From assembly GCA_964591955.1 (NCBI GenBank), contig CAZQBT010000002.1, forward strand, positions 7,669 through 71,668: a stretch of 64,000 bases of DNA, given 5' to 3'. The position numbers and the translations under genes are program-made. The notes below the pieces were generated by a model. It had not been told where the DNA came from. It did not search any database and saw nothing but the letters and a program-made list of their open reading frames with translations. Source of the DNA: an uncultured Brevinematales bacterium (lineage in GTDB: Bacteria > Spirochaetota > Brevinematia > Brevinematales > CAZQBT01). Of the stretch, positions 19,060-28,892 are shown piece by piece (the first letter of the stretch is position 1; every line of letters begins with the position of its first letter).

Positions 19060-19800
19060 TTACTTGGTTTTTAAAAGTTCGTTAATGAGCTTTTTGGTGT
19101 TTTCGCCTATTCGCATATGAATATATGTTGCGATTTTGCGCATATCTTTTTCCTCAACGTTTTCAAACTTAAACCCCGCCATCGCACCGCGCTTGCCGAT
19201 AAGCCGTGAAATTGTTTTGATTTCCATTCCTCGTATATGAAGCAACAAGGGGTCGTATATTTGATTTATAATGAGGATACTCGCTTCTATTGAATCTTTT
19301 AGCTTTACGGCAACTCCGCCGGCGCTTATATCAATTAAAGAACCATGCACAAAGCGGTTTATATTTTTTATGTATATGGATGCGGTAACTTCTTCATAGG
19401 GTGATGGGGTAATTCTGAGATGTTTTCTTCGTTCGTTTATGCGTATATTATTACGGATTATGTTTTGTATAATATCATCTACTATCTTTGCGGGATTATC
19501 CGAGTATTCAATCAGGGAAGTTATGCCGATTTTCATAAGTTCCATAAGTTCGGCGGATTTAAAACTTCCGTGATAAATCAGGAATATGTATGTGTTTGAT
19601 TTTATCTCTTTTGCCTGTTTGAGAAATTCTAATTCGCTGCTTTCGCTTAAAAGTATTATAGCTTCATCGTTTTGATTTTTTAAAAACTCAAGAACTTCCT
19701 CACGGGTTGTTACTTCTACCGGTTCTACCCCCTTGGGTATTAGTTCAATAGCTAATTGAAGGGTGAAATTTTCCGCAAAAGTGTAGATGACTATCTTCAT
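19060..19800 (-). CDS. PilZ-domain c-di-GMP receptor with degenerate receiver-like N-domain
   Basis: Start moved to the ATG at 19800 (GGAG 7 nt upstream). PilZ motifs RKHLR (RxxxR) and DISAGG (DxSxxG) are present. The N-terminal CheY-like fold lacks the acidic pocket and phosphoacceptor Asp (IILLSESSE). Confidence 0.75.
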   Translation of the reverse strand: MKIVIYTFAENFTLQLAIELIPKGVEPVEVTTREEVLEFLKNQNDEAIILLSESSELEFLKQAKEIKSNTYIFLIYHGSFKSAELMELMKIGITSLIEYSDNPAKIVDDIIQNIIRNNIRINERRKHLRITPSPYEEVTASIYIKNINRFVHGSLIDISAGGVAVKLKDSIEASILIINQIYDPLLLHIRGMEIKTISRLIGKRGAMAGFKFENVEEKDMRKIATYIHMRIGENTKKLINELLKTK

Positions 19801-19958
19801 AAAAAAACTCCAGTTTAGCGGGTTTGCTCCGATATATAATATAGCAATATGCTGAAATGTCAAGTGTTAAGTATTTATAATTGATTGATTTCTTGATTAT
19901 TTTTGATTTGAATGGTAAATTTAATTAAATACAAGCGAAAAACCTATGGAGGGAATAT

Positions 19959-21098
19959 ATGAGCGGAAACATAGCTAAATCATTAAAAATCATAATCAGT
20001 GTCTTATGTTTATTATTTATCTTTGAAAAAGCGCAGGGAGCGGTAATACTTTTTCCCGAACTTAATATATATACGGAAATGAATAATGAGTTTCAGGCAC
20101 AAACCTCCTACAGGCTTTTTATGCAATTGGATACCGGATTAAAATACGGAGTTAAAGTCGGACTTGGATTGGAGAATTACAATATAACATCTCTTTCGAG
20201 TAATTTTGTGGAGTTGAATTCAATTAAAATTGACAGCACCCCTTTCGATTTGTTTGATTTTTCGTTTTTCTTCGGTAAAAACAGGACACTCGGCGCTTTT
20301 GATATAGGCTACCAGGGTTTTCAATATCATCAGGACAATCATCTTGAATATATCGGGTTTCACGACATAACAGGAACGGGGTTTGAGATTGCCCGCGGAT
20401 TTCTTGATGACATTTTTTACCCCCACGTGATTTTATACACTACCGATAAAAACGGCACGAATTATCTGAATATTGATGCCCTTGTAAAGGTTGAAACCGA
20501 CAAATATATCTTTGAGTTTTATTTCGGACTTGATAATTCGGCTTCCTATGTGTTTGAGGGAGTTACCAATGTTGCTTTATCCAAGCGGTTCGGGGCAACT
20601 TTCAGGACTCTTTTCAGCAACGTAAATTTCTATTTATCGGTGTTCTTCCCGGACGCTCCTATATGGGAAATAAACCCCGTGGATGATATTTACTTTAACT
20701 TTACACAGCATCTTGTATCAGGATGGTTTGAGCAGACGATCACCTTTTTTACCAGACCGTCAATCTACAACGGGTATGAAGAGAGGATACGCGGCGATTT
20801 TTTGCCCGATATAGATATTTATCTTGCCTTAGGCGCAAGATTTGACCAATTCGGTTTCGGGGTGGAAAATACCGTTCTTACCGCGGCGCCTGCAAGTTAC
20901 AGCACCACCGCAGCCCCGGGTCTTGTTGAGTTCAGCGACAGGGTCGGCGGTTACGCCTATTTCCTCTTCAATAATATCAAATACAAACTCGGTGCATTTT
21001 ACAGCTTAGGTCCCGCTTTTACCCCGTCGGATATTAACAATCCTCATAGCGTAGCCGATACGGTCGGCGGGTATTTCCATATTTACGGCAGTTTTTAA
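19959..21098 (+). CDS. hypothetical outer-membrane beta-barrel-type protein
   Basis: 379-aa ORF with a GGAGGG RBS and signal peptide ..LLFIFEKAQGA. It has an alternating aromatic/Gly-rich strand pattern and the canonical OMP C-terminus GGYFHIYGSF. Confidence 0.6.
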   Translation: MSGNIAKSLKIIISVLCLLFIFEKAQGAVILFPELNIYTEMNNEFQAQTSYRLFMQLDTGLKYGVKVGLGLENYNITSLSSNFVELNSIKIDSTPFDLFDFSFFFGKNRTLGAFDIGYQGFQYHQDNHLEYIGFHDITGTGFEIARGFLDDIFYPHVILYTTDKNGTNYLNIDALVKVETDKYIFEFYFGLDNSASYVFEGVTNVALSKRFGATFRTLFSNVNFYLSVFFPDAPIWEINPVDDIYFNFTQHLVSGWFEQTITFFTRPSIYNGYEERIRGDFLPDIDIYLALGARFDQFGFGVENTVLTAAPASYSTTAAPGLVEFSDRVGGYAYFLFNNIKYKLGAFYSLGPAFTPSDINNPHSVADTVGGYFHIYGSF

Positions 21099-21164
21099 TA
21101 CAGAGTATGTTTTTTTGCATTGTCTTTCCCGCCGAATAAAATTGGCCTCAAGTAATCCTTCGGC

Positions 21165-21193
21165 TTGACTATATTCTTTTTAAACGATACAAT
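21165..21193 (+). promoter_or_regulatory. sigma70-type promoter (TTGACT-17-TACAAT)
   Basis: TTGACT at 21165-21170, a 17-nt spacer and TACAAT at 21188-21193, 35 nt upstream of the ATG at 21229. Confidence 0.55.
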
Positions 21194-21228
21194 ATTGCCT
21201 GTCGATTTTCTATTTTTAAGGATGCATT

Positions 21229-22044
21229 ATGAAATATTTTAAGATTTTAAAGCAAACCTTTTGGGATTGGTGGGATAATATCTCATATTCGCTTTTGACC
21301 TCAATTCTGGGTTCGTGTAATCCCTTTTTTATTATTATACTTGCAGCTTTCAGATGGTCTTTCAGTGATGATTTTACTTTTTTGCTTCAATACGGCAAAG
21401 AGTTTTTTGTTGTGCTGATGACCTCGCTTATAATTATCCCTGTTTTCCCCACGACTATTGCGGCATATTCGCTTCAAAACAAGATTATTGATTTGAAACT
21501 TGAAAATTTCTTTGTCCAATTTTGGCGTGAACTTAAAAAATATCTCGGCAGGGGGTTGCTTTTTACCTTGATTAACGGTATTGTCGGGTTTCTTCTGTCT
21601 TACTCGATTATTTTTTACTCGGATTTCCTTAAAGACTGGTATCCGTTTAATTATATCTTAATCGGACTTTCCGCTTTGTTTATATTTTTGATTTTGCTTT
21701 CTCAATTTATAATGCTTCCGCTTGTTGTGAAGGATGATTATCCCGTTTTAGAGTATTATGTCATTTCTTTTTATATGACTCTAAAAAACGGGTTGCTTCT
21801 TTTGGCTCTTTTCCTGTTCCAATCAATTATGGTGTTTATCTTTTTTATACCGGTTATAGTTCCGTTTTTAACTATAATTCCGATTGTGGTATATTTCGGC
21901 TTTGTTTCCACGTTTCATATTTGGGCTTTTAAATATATAGACGGCGAGGTCGATGTGTCCGTGCCGCTTAGAAAAAGAAAAATCAGAGAGATTTTTTCCC
22001 CGTTCGCGGGAATACGCAAAAACAGGAAAAAGGATAACAAATAG
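21229..22044 (+). CDS. hypothetical polytopic membrane protein
   Basis: 271-aa ORF with an AAGGA RBS. It has about 6 hydrophobic helices and a basic C-tail (RKRKIREIF..RKNRKKDNK). No motif is recognised. Confidence 0.6.
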   Translation: MKYFKILKQTFWDWWDNISYSLLTSILGSCNPFFIIILAAFRWSFSDDFTFLLQYGKEFFVVLMTSLIIIPVFPTTIAAYSLQNKIIDLKLENFFVQFWRELKKYLGRGLLFTLINGIVGFLLSYSIIFYSDFLKDWYPFNYILIGLSALFIFLILLSQFIMLPLVVKDDYPVLEYYVISFYMTLKNGLLLLALFLFQSIMVFIFFIPVIVPFLTIIPIVVYFGFVSTFHIWAFKYIDGEVDVSVPLRKRKIREIFSPFAGIRKNRKKDNK

Positions 22045-22140
22045 TAATATAAAATCCACACAACAATGATTTCATATCTCTTACAGAAGTGTTTGGTAAC
22101 CTTGGCGCATTATTCCCTTGAATTCGCAAGTTTTAAATAA

Positions 22141-22169
22141 TTGACAATTCATAATGTTTGTGTTATACT
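22141..22169 (+). promoter_or_regulatory. sigma70-type promoter (TTGACA-17-TATACT)
   Basis: TTGACA at 22141-22146, a 17-nt spacer and TATACT at 22164-22169. An AAGGAGG RBS follows at 22184-22190. Confidence 0.6.
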
Positions 22170-22198
22170 GATTTTACTTTGAAAAGGAGGATAAATCT

Positions 22199-23659
22199 AT
22201 GAAACGAGAGTTTTTTTTATTACCCTTGTCAATTCTGCTTTGTCTAACTTTTTTTTATAGTTTCTTATCTGCAAAAGAAGTAACAGTGGGGATGGAGATT
22301 AGTAACAAAGCAAGGGAAGAGTTGGAAGGTTTTGTTAGCTACTTAAGGTTGATGAGACAAGATGATTCCGATTTAAAATTGGTAATAAAGGAGTTGGATG
22401 ATGTTTCGGAGATGATTTTGACTACAGCTCAAAAAAGATTCGGTTTAATGCTTGAAGATTTAAGACAAAAAGGCATTACCAATGTTCCATCCGTTATTGA
22501 AATAATTTCTGAATTTGCTGCAAGTGAAGTAGAAACTAAAGATACGAGTTCCGATTATGGAGCAAATGAGGATGATAGCTCGGTGAAATCATTAGATGGT
22601 GAAACAGATGAAGGCTTGATAAAAGTTCCTGAAAGCGAGGTGATTTTATCTAAAGATAAACAGCAAGTTGAATATGATTATCTTGTTCCCTTTAGTATTC
22701 TTGTGGGAAAAGTTAGAAAAACGTCATACACATATTCTTGGCATGAATCAGCTATACAAAGTCAGTTTTCTATAAATGAGGTGGAAACGGGTAGGAGTTG
22801 GAGTTCAAAACCTGTTGAATTGGTTTCTTTACAAAGCCCGAATTATAGTACGTGGAGAGTAGAACCCAGAAAATTTAGCGAAATATTGAAAGATTTGAAA
22901 GGATTGGATGAAGATATGATCGCAAAGAAATTTGACAGCGAATTTAAGGAAGGCATCAAATTTTTTGACCCCCGGTCTCCTTTCCTTACTATACGATTAT
23001 ATGGGTCTTTGGGTTTCTTGGCGGTGTCTGAAGAAGCCTTGAATGTTAAAAAAGAAATTGAGAAATCTTTTGGTCTTGGTGATGGCGGCGATTTTGCAGT
23101 GGGATTTGTGGGGGGCGTTCAATTTCTGTTTAATGTCGCTAAACCCTTGTTTTTAGGAATAGCGGGGGATTATACCTATGCCTCTATTAGTTCTCTTCAA
23201 GTTTATGATGATGTGGGGACTATCAAATTAGAGATGAAGTATAGCTATTTTACCATAAGTCCTATGATTACTTTGCTCTTTGATAATTCTAGATCTCTAC
23301 ATCACTATATAAGTTTATTACCCGGATTAATTATTGGGGATTGGGGATACGAATTCACATTTTCAGAACCTGCCGAAGAAATTAAGTTTCCTTTTATCGG
23401 GTATTCCTTGGCTTTAGAATATGATATTTTCTTCGGGAAGTATGATTATGGAGCAAGATTTGGTATGGGTTTAAGAGGAGGAATAAATTATATTCCCGGA
23501 ATAAAAGATGCCGATGGTAATACACTGTATTACCAAGAGGTCGACAATAAATCGGCTTATTATCTGTCTGATGGAAGCGTTATTTTGCCTCATTCTAAAG
23601 AAGCCGAATTATTTGATATAAAGATAGAAATCCTCTTTTTAATAGAGTTTAATATTTAA
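22199..23659 (+). CDS. hypothetical secreted protein (helical/acidic N-half, beta-rich C-half)
   Basis: 486-aa ORF with a strong AAGGAGG RBS and signal peptide FFLLPLSILLCLTFFYSFLSA. The C-terminal ~200 aa show an alternating hydrophobic strand pattern. No family is recognised. Confidence 0.65.
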   Translation: MKREFFLLPLSILLCLTFFYSFLSAKEVTVGMEISNKAREELEGFVSYLRLMRQDDSDLKLVIKELDDVSEMILTTAQKRFGLMLEDLRQKGITNVPSVIEIISEFAASEVETKDTSSDYGANEDDSSVKSLDGETDEGLIKVPESEVILSKDKQQVEYDYLVPFSILVGKVRKTSYTYSWHESAIQSQFSINEVETGRSWSSKPVELVSLQSPNYSTWRVEPRKFSEILKDLKGLDEDMIAKKFDSEFKEGIKFFDPRSPFLTIRLYGSLGFLAVSEEALNVKKEIEKSFGLGDGGDFAVGFVGGVQFLFNVAKPLFLGIAGDYTYASISSLQVYDDVGTIKLEMKYSYFTISPMITLLFDNSRSLHHYISLLPGLIIGDWGYEFTFSEPAEEIKFPFIGYSLALEYDIFFGKYDYGARFGMGLRGGINYIPGIKDADGNTLYYQEVDNKSAYYLSDGSVILPHSKEAELFDIKIEILFLIEFNI

Positions 23660-23673
23660 TCAGGAGTTTCATT

Positions 23674-24201
23674 ATGAAGGAATATATAATATTAGTCATA
23701 ATCGGGTTTATTCTATTTGTCTTTGGTTGTAGCTTGAATCCTGTCCTTGATGCCAAAGGTGTAAATCTTTCGGATGCAAATGTAATAGTTGATATTTATC
23801 CCGCATATCAAACGGATTCGTTGTTTTATTATGTAACTAATATACGGCCAAATTACTCTACCGTTGAAGAAATTGTTAATAACAGCAACCTGACCTTTGG
23901 GATAAATATTGTTACTACTTTAACCGCTCCTTCCTATTTGTATAATCTGCACAAATTGGATTGGATGATTGGGGTAATGGATAGGGATTATACCGATGAA
24001 ACCTGTTTTGAGGCGCGAATTCCCGCGAAAAAAAATACATTCAATTATTTTGATATAAACTCTGCGAACTTAATTACTAAAGATTTGAAATTTTTTGTTA
24101 CTAATGTTGAGAAAGACAAGGCTTATTATATCATAGTTTTTGCCTTAGATGGCAAAACAAATTTAATGTCTGGATATGGGGAATTATTTATTACCAATTA
24201 G
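23674..24201 (+). CDS. hypothetical lipoprotein
   Basis: 175-aa ORF 14 nt after the previous stop, with an AGGAG RBS. Signal peptide with a lipobox-like sequence, ILFVFG-C-S (the -2 Phe is non-canonical). Confidence 0.6.
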   Translation: MKEYIILVIIGFILFVFGCSLNPVLDAKGVNLSDANVIVDIYPAYQTDSLFYYVTNIRPNYSTVEEIVNNSNLTFGINIVTTLTAPSYLYNLHKLDWMIGVMDRDYTDETCFEARIPAKKNTFNYFDINSANLITKDLKFFVTNVEKDKAYYIIVFALDGKTNLMSGYGELFITN

Positions 24202-24480
24202 TCTGTATTGAAAAACGGCGAAACTATAATATCTATAGATATGGTAATACAAGTAAAACTGTCTTCCGTTTTTACCTTTCTTTAGGGGTTTGGACGCGGG
24301 ATAAGTTTTAATAGTCTATTATAATCGGCAGTTAAGATTAATTGTTTCCTGCTCCCGTCATGGGATTTGTGTTCTGCTTTTTAATGTTAAACCTCTCTTA
24401 TCAAGTATCAGGGCTTTATATTGAATTTTTCCCGTTTCGGATATATATTATACTTGTCTTTTATTTTGCCGGAGGTTTTA

Positions 24481-25548
24481 TTGAAAAGGATTTTTCTTTT
24501 TCTTTTTTTTATTGCCGTCGCGGGCAGGGGTTTTGCTCTTACCAATGAATTAGCCGGTATTTCTTTAAACGGCAAAGTCGAAAACCTTAGAGTGGAGAGG
24601 TTTGTGTTATCCGTTCCGGGGGATATGCAGACTATGGAAATATCTTATATTTATATCTACGGGTTTTTGAGGGACGGCAATTTGGGTTTTGCCGAAAAAA
24701 GAAACCGTCATAACGAACTGCTTGAACGTATGGAATTTCGCTACGACAATTCCGGCAAAAAAATCGGCGCAACCGAATACGGATATATGGGTGTATTAAA
24801 CCGCTTTTTAGCTTTCCGTTATGATGTATCCGGGAAACTTATCGAAAAATCCGAACTTGATTCAGGCGGAATTACCGTATCCGTTACCCGTTTCTTTTAT
24901 GATAAAAACGGTAATTTGGTCAGACGCGAAAACTCCTCGGATGATACGCAAGTTTCCCGTCTTGTTTACCGATACGATAATCGCGGCAATCTTACAAACG
25001 AGGCGATGTTGTTGTATGACGGGAGTATTGATTACCGTATAGCTTATTTCTACGATAACGAACTTAACCGTGAAACCAATAGAGTTTTTTATATCGCAAA
25101 CGGGGTTTTGGAGAAATGGATTAATTTTACTTACAACGAAATCGGTAAAGTTTCCTTTAAGTCAACTTTTGATGCCGGTAATAACCTTCTTTCCCGAACG
25201 GCTTACAACTATAACCCCTCTGGACAGTTAATACGTGAAACCCTGTTTTCCGGAGCGGCAAGATACGGCGAAACTGCCGTATATCGCTATTCGGGGGGCA
25301 GAATTGTGGAGGAAAGGTATTTGGATTCTCGCAACAGTCTTGTAAAATCCGTAAACCGGAGTTTTAATGACAGGGGGGATATTTTATCCGTGATTATCAG
25401 GAATTATCTGCCGGCATCGGTTGATTGGGAATACCGTTATGAATATGATGGGCGGGGTAATTTAGTTAAAAACGAGGTTTATGAGTTGCAGGGCAACAAT
25501 CGCGTCTTGATATACGGGAAAACTTATAAATATACTTATCGCAACTAA
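24481..25548 (+). CDS. secreted YD (RHS-type) repeat protein without recognisable toxin domain
   Basis: Start moved to the in-frame TTG at 24481 (GGAGG 6 nt upstream), giving signal peptide MKRIFLFLFFIAVAGRGFA. There are at least 8 repeats of the Y.YD..GN/KL type (YRYDNRGNLTNE, YEYDGRGNLVKNE, FFYDKNGNLVRRE). Confidence 0.7.
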   Translation: MKRIFLFLFFIAVAGRGFALTNELAGISLNGKVENLRVERFVLSVPGDMQTMEISYIYIYGFLRDGNLGFAEKRNRHNELLERMEFRYDNSGKKIGATEYGYMGVLNRFLAFRYDVSGKLIEKSELDSGGITVSVTRFFYDKNGNLVRRENSSDDTQVSRLVYRYDNRGNLTNEAMLLYDGSIDYRIAYFYDNELNRETNRVFYIANGVLEKWINFTYNEIGKVSFKSTFDAGNNLLSRTAYNYNPSGQLIRETLFSGAARYGETAVYRYSGGRIVEERYLDSRNSLVKSVNRSFNDRGDILSVIIRNYLPASVDWEYRYEYDGRGNLVKNEVYELQGNNRVLIYGKTYKYTYRN

Positions 25549-25565
25549 AGATTTAGGAAAATTTG

Positions 25566-26552
25566 ATGAAAACTTTGATTTTAAATGATTCTCCTTCGGA
25601 TATAAAAAAGGGCGCGAAAATTATTCGCGAGGGGGGGCTTGTTGTCTTTCCTACCGAGACGGTTTACGGGCTTGGCGCGGATGCCACTAACGAGACGGCG
25701 GTTGCTTCGGTTTTTCGCGCCAAGGGAAGACCCTCCGACAATCCTCTTATCGTTCATATAGCCTCCGTTTCGGATATTAATAAATACGGGCGCGATATTC
25801 CCGATATGGCTTTTGCGCTTTTTGAAAAATTTGCGCCGGGTCCTTTAACCGTAGTGGTAAAGCGTTCCCGTCAAGTTTCAGGCAGGGTAAGCGCCGGACT
25901 TGATACGGTCGCTTTAAGAATACCCGCTCATCCGGTAGCCCGCGAGCTTATTATCGAGGCGGGGGTGCCCGTTTGCGCTCCCTCCGCTAATATTTCGGGG
26001 CGACCAAGCCCCACTTCGTTTGATACCGCATTTAAGGATATGGACGGGAAAGCTGTCGCCGTTATTGACGGCGGGGACTGCGCTATCGGGTTGGAATCCA
26101 CTGTTGTCGGGTTTGACGGCGGTAAGGTTGTTATTCTCAGACCCGGTATGATTTCCGCCGAGATGATTAAAGACGAGTGCGGGTTTGATACGGTTTTTGA
26201 TACGGAAACAAAGGAAAGGGTATCGTCTCCCGGTGTCAAGTATGCCCATTACCGTCCCGATGCAGAGATATTTATGTCGGAGTTTATCGACGTTGATAAA
26301 ATCCGCAGAAAATTCGGCAATCAAAAGGTCGGGATAATCGGAATGGGGATTGAGAGTAATGATAAGGATATTATTATCGCCGATTTTGCTACGCTTGAGG
26401 ATTACGCACGGGGATTTTACAAGACGCTTATCGAATTTGAACGTATGGGAGTAGGGGTGATTGTTGCCGGAACCGTTGATGAGAAAGGTATCGGGGTTGC
26501 CATAATGAACCGCTTGCGGAAAGCGAGTGCGGAAAACACACTTGATTATTGA
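25566..26552 (+). CDS. tsaC: L-threonylcarbamoyladenylate synthase (YrdC domain + Sua5 C-terminal domain)
   Basis: YrdC block [42 protein letters not shown], plus a ~120-aa Sua5-type C-domain. Confidence 0.9.
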   Translation: MKTLILNDSPSDIKKGAKIIREGGLVVFPTETVYGLGADATNETAVASVFRAKGRPSDNPLIVHIASVSDINKYGRDIPDMAFALFEKFAPGPLTVVVKRSRQVSGRVSAGLDTVALRIPAHPVARELIIEAGVPVCAPSANISGRPSPTSFDTAFKDMDGKAVAVIDGGDCAIGLESTVVGFDGGKVVILRPGMISAEMIKDECGFDTVFDTETKERVSSPGVKYAHYRPDAEIFMSEFIDVDKIRRKFGNQKVGIIGMGIESNDKDIIIADFATLEDYARGFYKTLIEFERMGVGVIVAGTVDEKGIGVAIMNRLRKASAENTLDY

Positions 26553-26605
26553 AACATTGCCGAAACTATTCTATAATAAAACACTACATTTTTTCGGAGC
26601 ATATT

Positions 26606-27496
26606 ATGTTGACATTTCAGGAAATTATTTTTAAACTGAAAAAATACTGGGGCGAACAGGGATGCTTGATTCGCGAACCCTATGACCTTGAAAAAGGCGC
26701 GGGAACTTTCAACCCCGATACTTTCCTTCGCTCTTTGGGTCCCGAGCCTTGGAATGTCGCTTATGTTGAACCATCAAGAAGACCCGCCGACGGGCGTTAC
26801 GGGGAAAACCCCAACCGTCTCGGTTACTATTTCCAGTTTCAGGTGATAATGAAACCATCCCCCGATAATATCCAGGACCTTTATCTTAACAGTCTTTCCG
26901 CTCTCGGACTTGAACTTGAAAAACACGATATTCGGTTTGTTCACGATGACTGGGAGTCTCCCACTCTCGGCGCGTGGGGTTTAGGATGGGAGGTGTGGCT
27001 TAACGGTATGGAAATTACCCAGTTTACATATTTTCAGCAGGTCGGGGGGATTGACTTGGTTTCTATCCCTGCCGAAATTACCTACGGCACGGAGAGAATC
27101 GCTATGTATCTCCAGAATGTTGACAGCGTTTTCGATATTAAATGGAATGATGAGTTTACTTATGGGGATTTACACAAGCAGCTTGAGTTTGAGTTTTCCA
27201 AGTATAATTTCGAGATAGCCGATATCGGGCTTTACCGAAGGCTGTTTGATGATTTCGAGAAAGAGTGCTTTGTTGCAATAGAGAGCGGGGCGATTTTGCC
27301 TGCTTACGACCTTACTATGAAATGCTCCCATGTCTTTAATATGCTTGACGCGAGGGGGGCAATTTCGGTTACCCAGCGTGAAAGCTATATACTTCGCGTA
27401 AGAAAAATGGCGGGTGCCGTTGCCAAGGCTTTCCTTGAACGTCGTGAGGAGTTGGGATTTCCTTTGCTTAAAAAATCAGAAGCAAACGTATATTAA
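26606..27496 (+). CDS. glyQ: glycine--tRNA ligase alpha subunit
   Basis: [44 protein letters not shown] is near-invariant GlyQ sequence. The start is the ATG at 26606 (CGGAG RBS), not the ORF-track 26549. Confidence 0.95.
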   Translation: MLTFQEIIFKLKKYWGEQGCLIREPYDLEKGAGTFNPDTFLRSLGPEPWNVAYVEPSRRPADGRYGENPNRLGYYFQFQVIMKPSPDNIQDLYLNSLSALGLELEKHDIRFVHDDWESPTLGAWGLGWEVWLNGMEITQFTYFQQVGGIDLVSIPAEITYGTERIAMYLQNVDSVFDIKWNDEFTYGDLHKQLEFEFSKYNFEIADIGLYRRLFDDFEKECFVAIESGAILPAYDLTMKCSHVFNMLDARGAISVTQRESYILRVRKMAGAVAKAFLERREELGFPLLKKSEANVY

Positions 27497-27630
27497 GTCT
27501 TTTCTTATACTTATTCTGCAATAAATTTGACTTTAAGTTATTTATATTTGTGTATAAAACCGATAAATCTTTGCTAATTAGCTGACTGTATGCTAAAATA
27601 TACGGATAGAATTTTTTTACGGAGGGTTGA

Positions 27631-28878
27631 ATGAGTTTTGAGCATATTACAATTCCACAGGAAGGAAACAAGATTTCTGTAAATAACGGAAAGATTTCCG
27701 TTCCCGATAACCCCGTTATTCCTTTTATAGAAGGCGACGGTATCGGCGCCGATATTTGGAAAGCTACACAAAAGGTTGTAGATACCGCTGTTGAAAAAAC
27801 ATACAAGGGCAATAAAAAGATTGTTTGGATGGAGATTTTTGCCGGCGAAAAGGCTAACGAAATTTACGGGGAATACCTTCCGCAGGAAACCCTTGATGCC
27901 ATAAAAGAATATATTGTTGCCATAAAGGGGCCTCTTACCACTCCGGTCGGCGGAGGGTTTCGCAGTCTTAATGTTTCGATACGCCAGCTTTTAGACCTCT
28001 TTGCCTGCGTTCGTCCCGTTAAGCACTACAAAGGAACGCCGAGCCCCGTTAAAACTCCCGAACATTTCGACGTGGTTATTTTTCGTGAGAATACCGAGGA
28101 TGTTTACGCGGGGATTGAATGGATAAGGGGTAGCAAAGAAGCCGACGATATTATAAAATTTATAAAGCAAAGATACGGCATTTCTATCCGTGAGGACTCG
28201 GGTATCGGCATTAAGCCGATTAGCGAATACGCATCAAAACGTCTGATGGCTAAGGCTATTCGGTTTGCTATCGACCATAACCTTCCCAGTATTACTATTG
28301 TCCACAAGGGAAACATAATGAAGTTTACCGAAGGGGCGTTTAAAAACTGGTGCTATGAGGAGGCGGTTAATAATTTTCGCGACAAGGTTATTACCGAGGA
28401 TGAACTCTGGAAGGAGTATGACGGTAAAAAGCCCGACGGAAAGATACTTGTAAAAGACCGTATAGCCGATGCGATGTTTCAGCAAATTTTGCTTCGCCCT
28501 GCAGAGTATGATGTAGTTATAGCGCCGAATTTAAACGGCGATTATCTTTCCGATGCCGCAGCGGCGATTGTCGGGGGGCTTGGTATGGCGCCCGGCTCAA
28601 ATATCGGGGACTATGTTGCGGTATTTGAGGCAACCCACGGCTCGGCGCCCAAATATACCAACCTTGATAAAGTAAACCCCGGCTCTCTTATTCTTTCGGC
28701 GGTTATGATGTTGAATTATATGGGATGGAAAGAGGCGGCTTTGTGTATTGAAGACGCTTTGGAAGAAACTATTGTTAAAAAGACCGTAACTTATGACCTT
28801 GCGCGCCAGATTGAGGGCGCTAAAGAGGTTAAAACAAGCGAGTTTGCTCAGGCGATTTGCAATAATATGAAGTCTTAG
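27631..28878 (+). CDS. icd: NADP-dependent isocitrate dehydrogenase
   Basis: 415-aa ORF with a GGAGGG RBS. Prokaryotic homodimeric IDH blocks: [48 protein letters not shown]. Confidence 0.93.
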   Translation: MSFEHITIPQEGNKISVNNGKISVPDNPVIPFIEGDGIGADIWKATQKVVDTAVEKTYKGNKKIVWMEIFAGEKANEIYGEYLPQETLDAIKEYIVAIKGPLTTPVGGGFRSLNVSIRQLLDLFACVRPVKHYKGTPSPVKTPEHFDVVIFRENTEDVYAGIEWIRGSKEADDIIKFIKQRYGISIREDSGIGIKPISEYASKRLMAKAIRFAIDHNLPSITIVHKGNIMKFTEGAFKNWCYEEAVNNFRDKVITEDELWKEYDGKKPDGKILVKDRIADAMFQQILLRPAEYDVVIAPNLNGDYLSDAAAAIVGGLGMAPGSNIGDYVAVFEATHGSAPKYTNLDKVNPGSLILSAVMMLNYMGWKEAALCIEDALEETIVKKTVTYDLARQIEGAKEVKTSEFAQAICNNMKS

Positions 28879-28892
28879 TTTAAGAGGATAAA

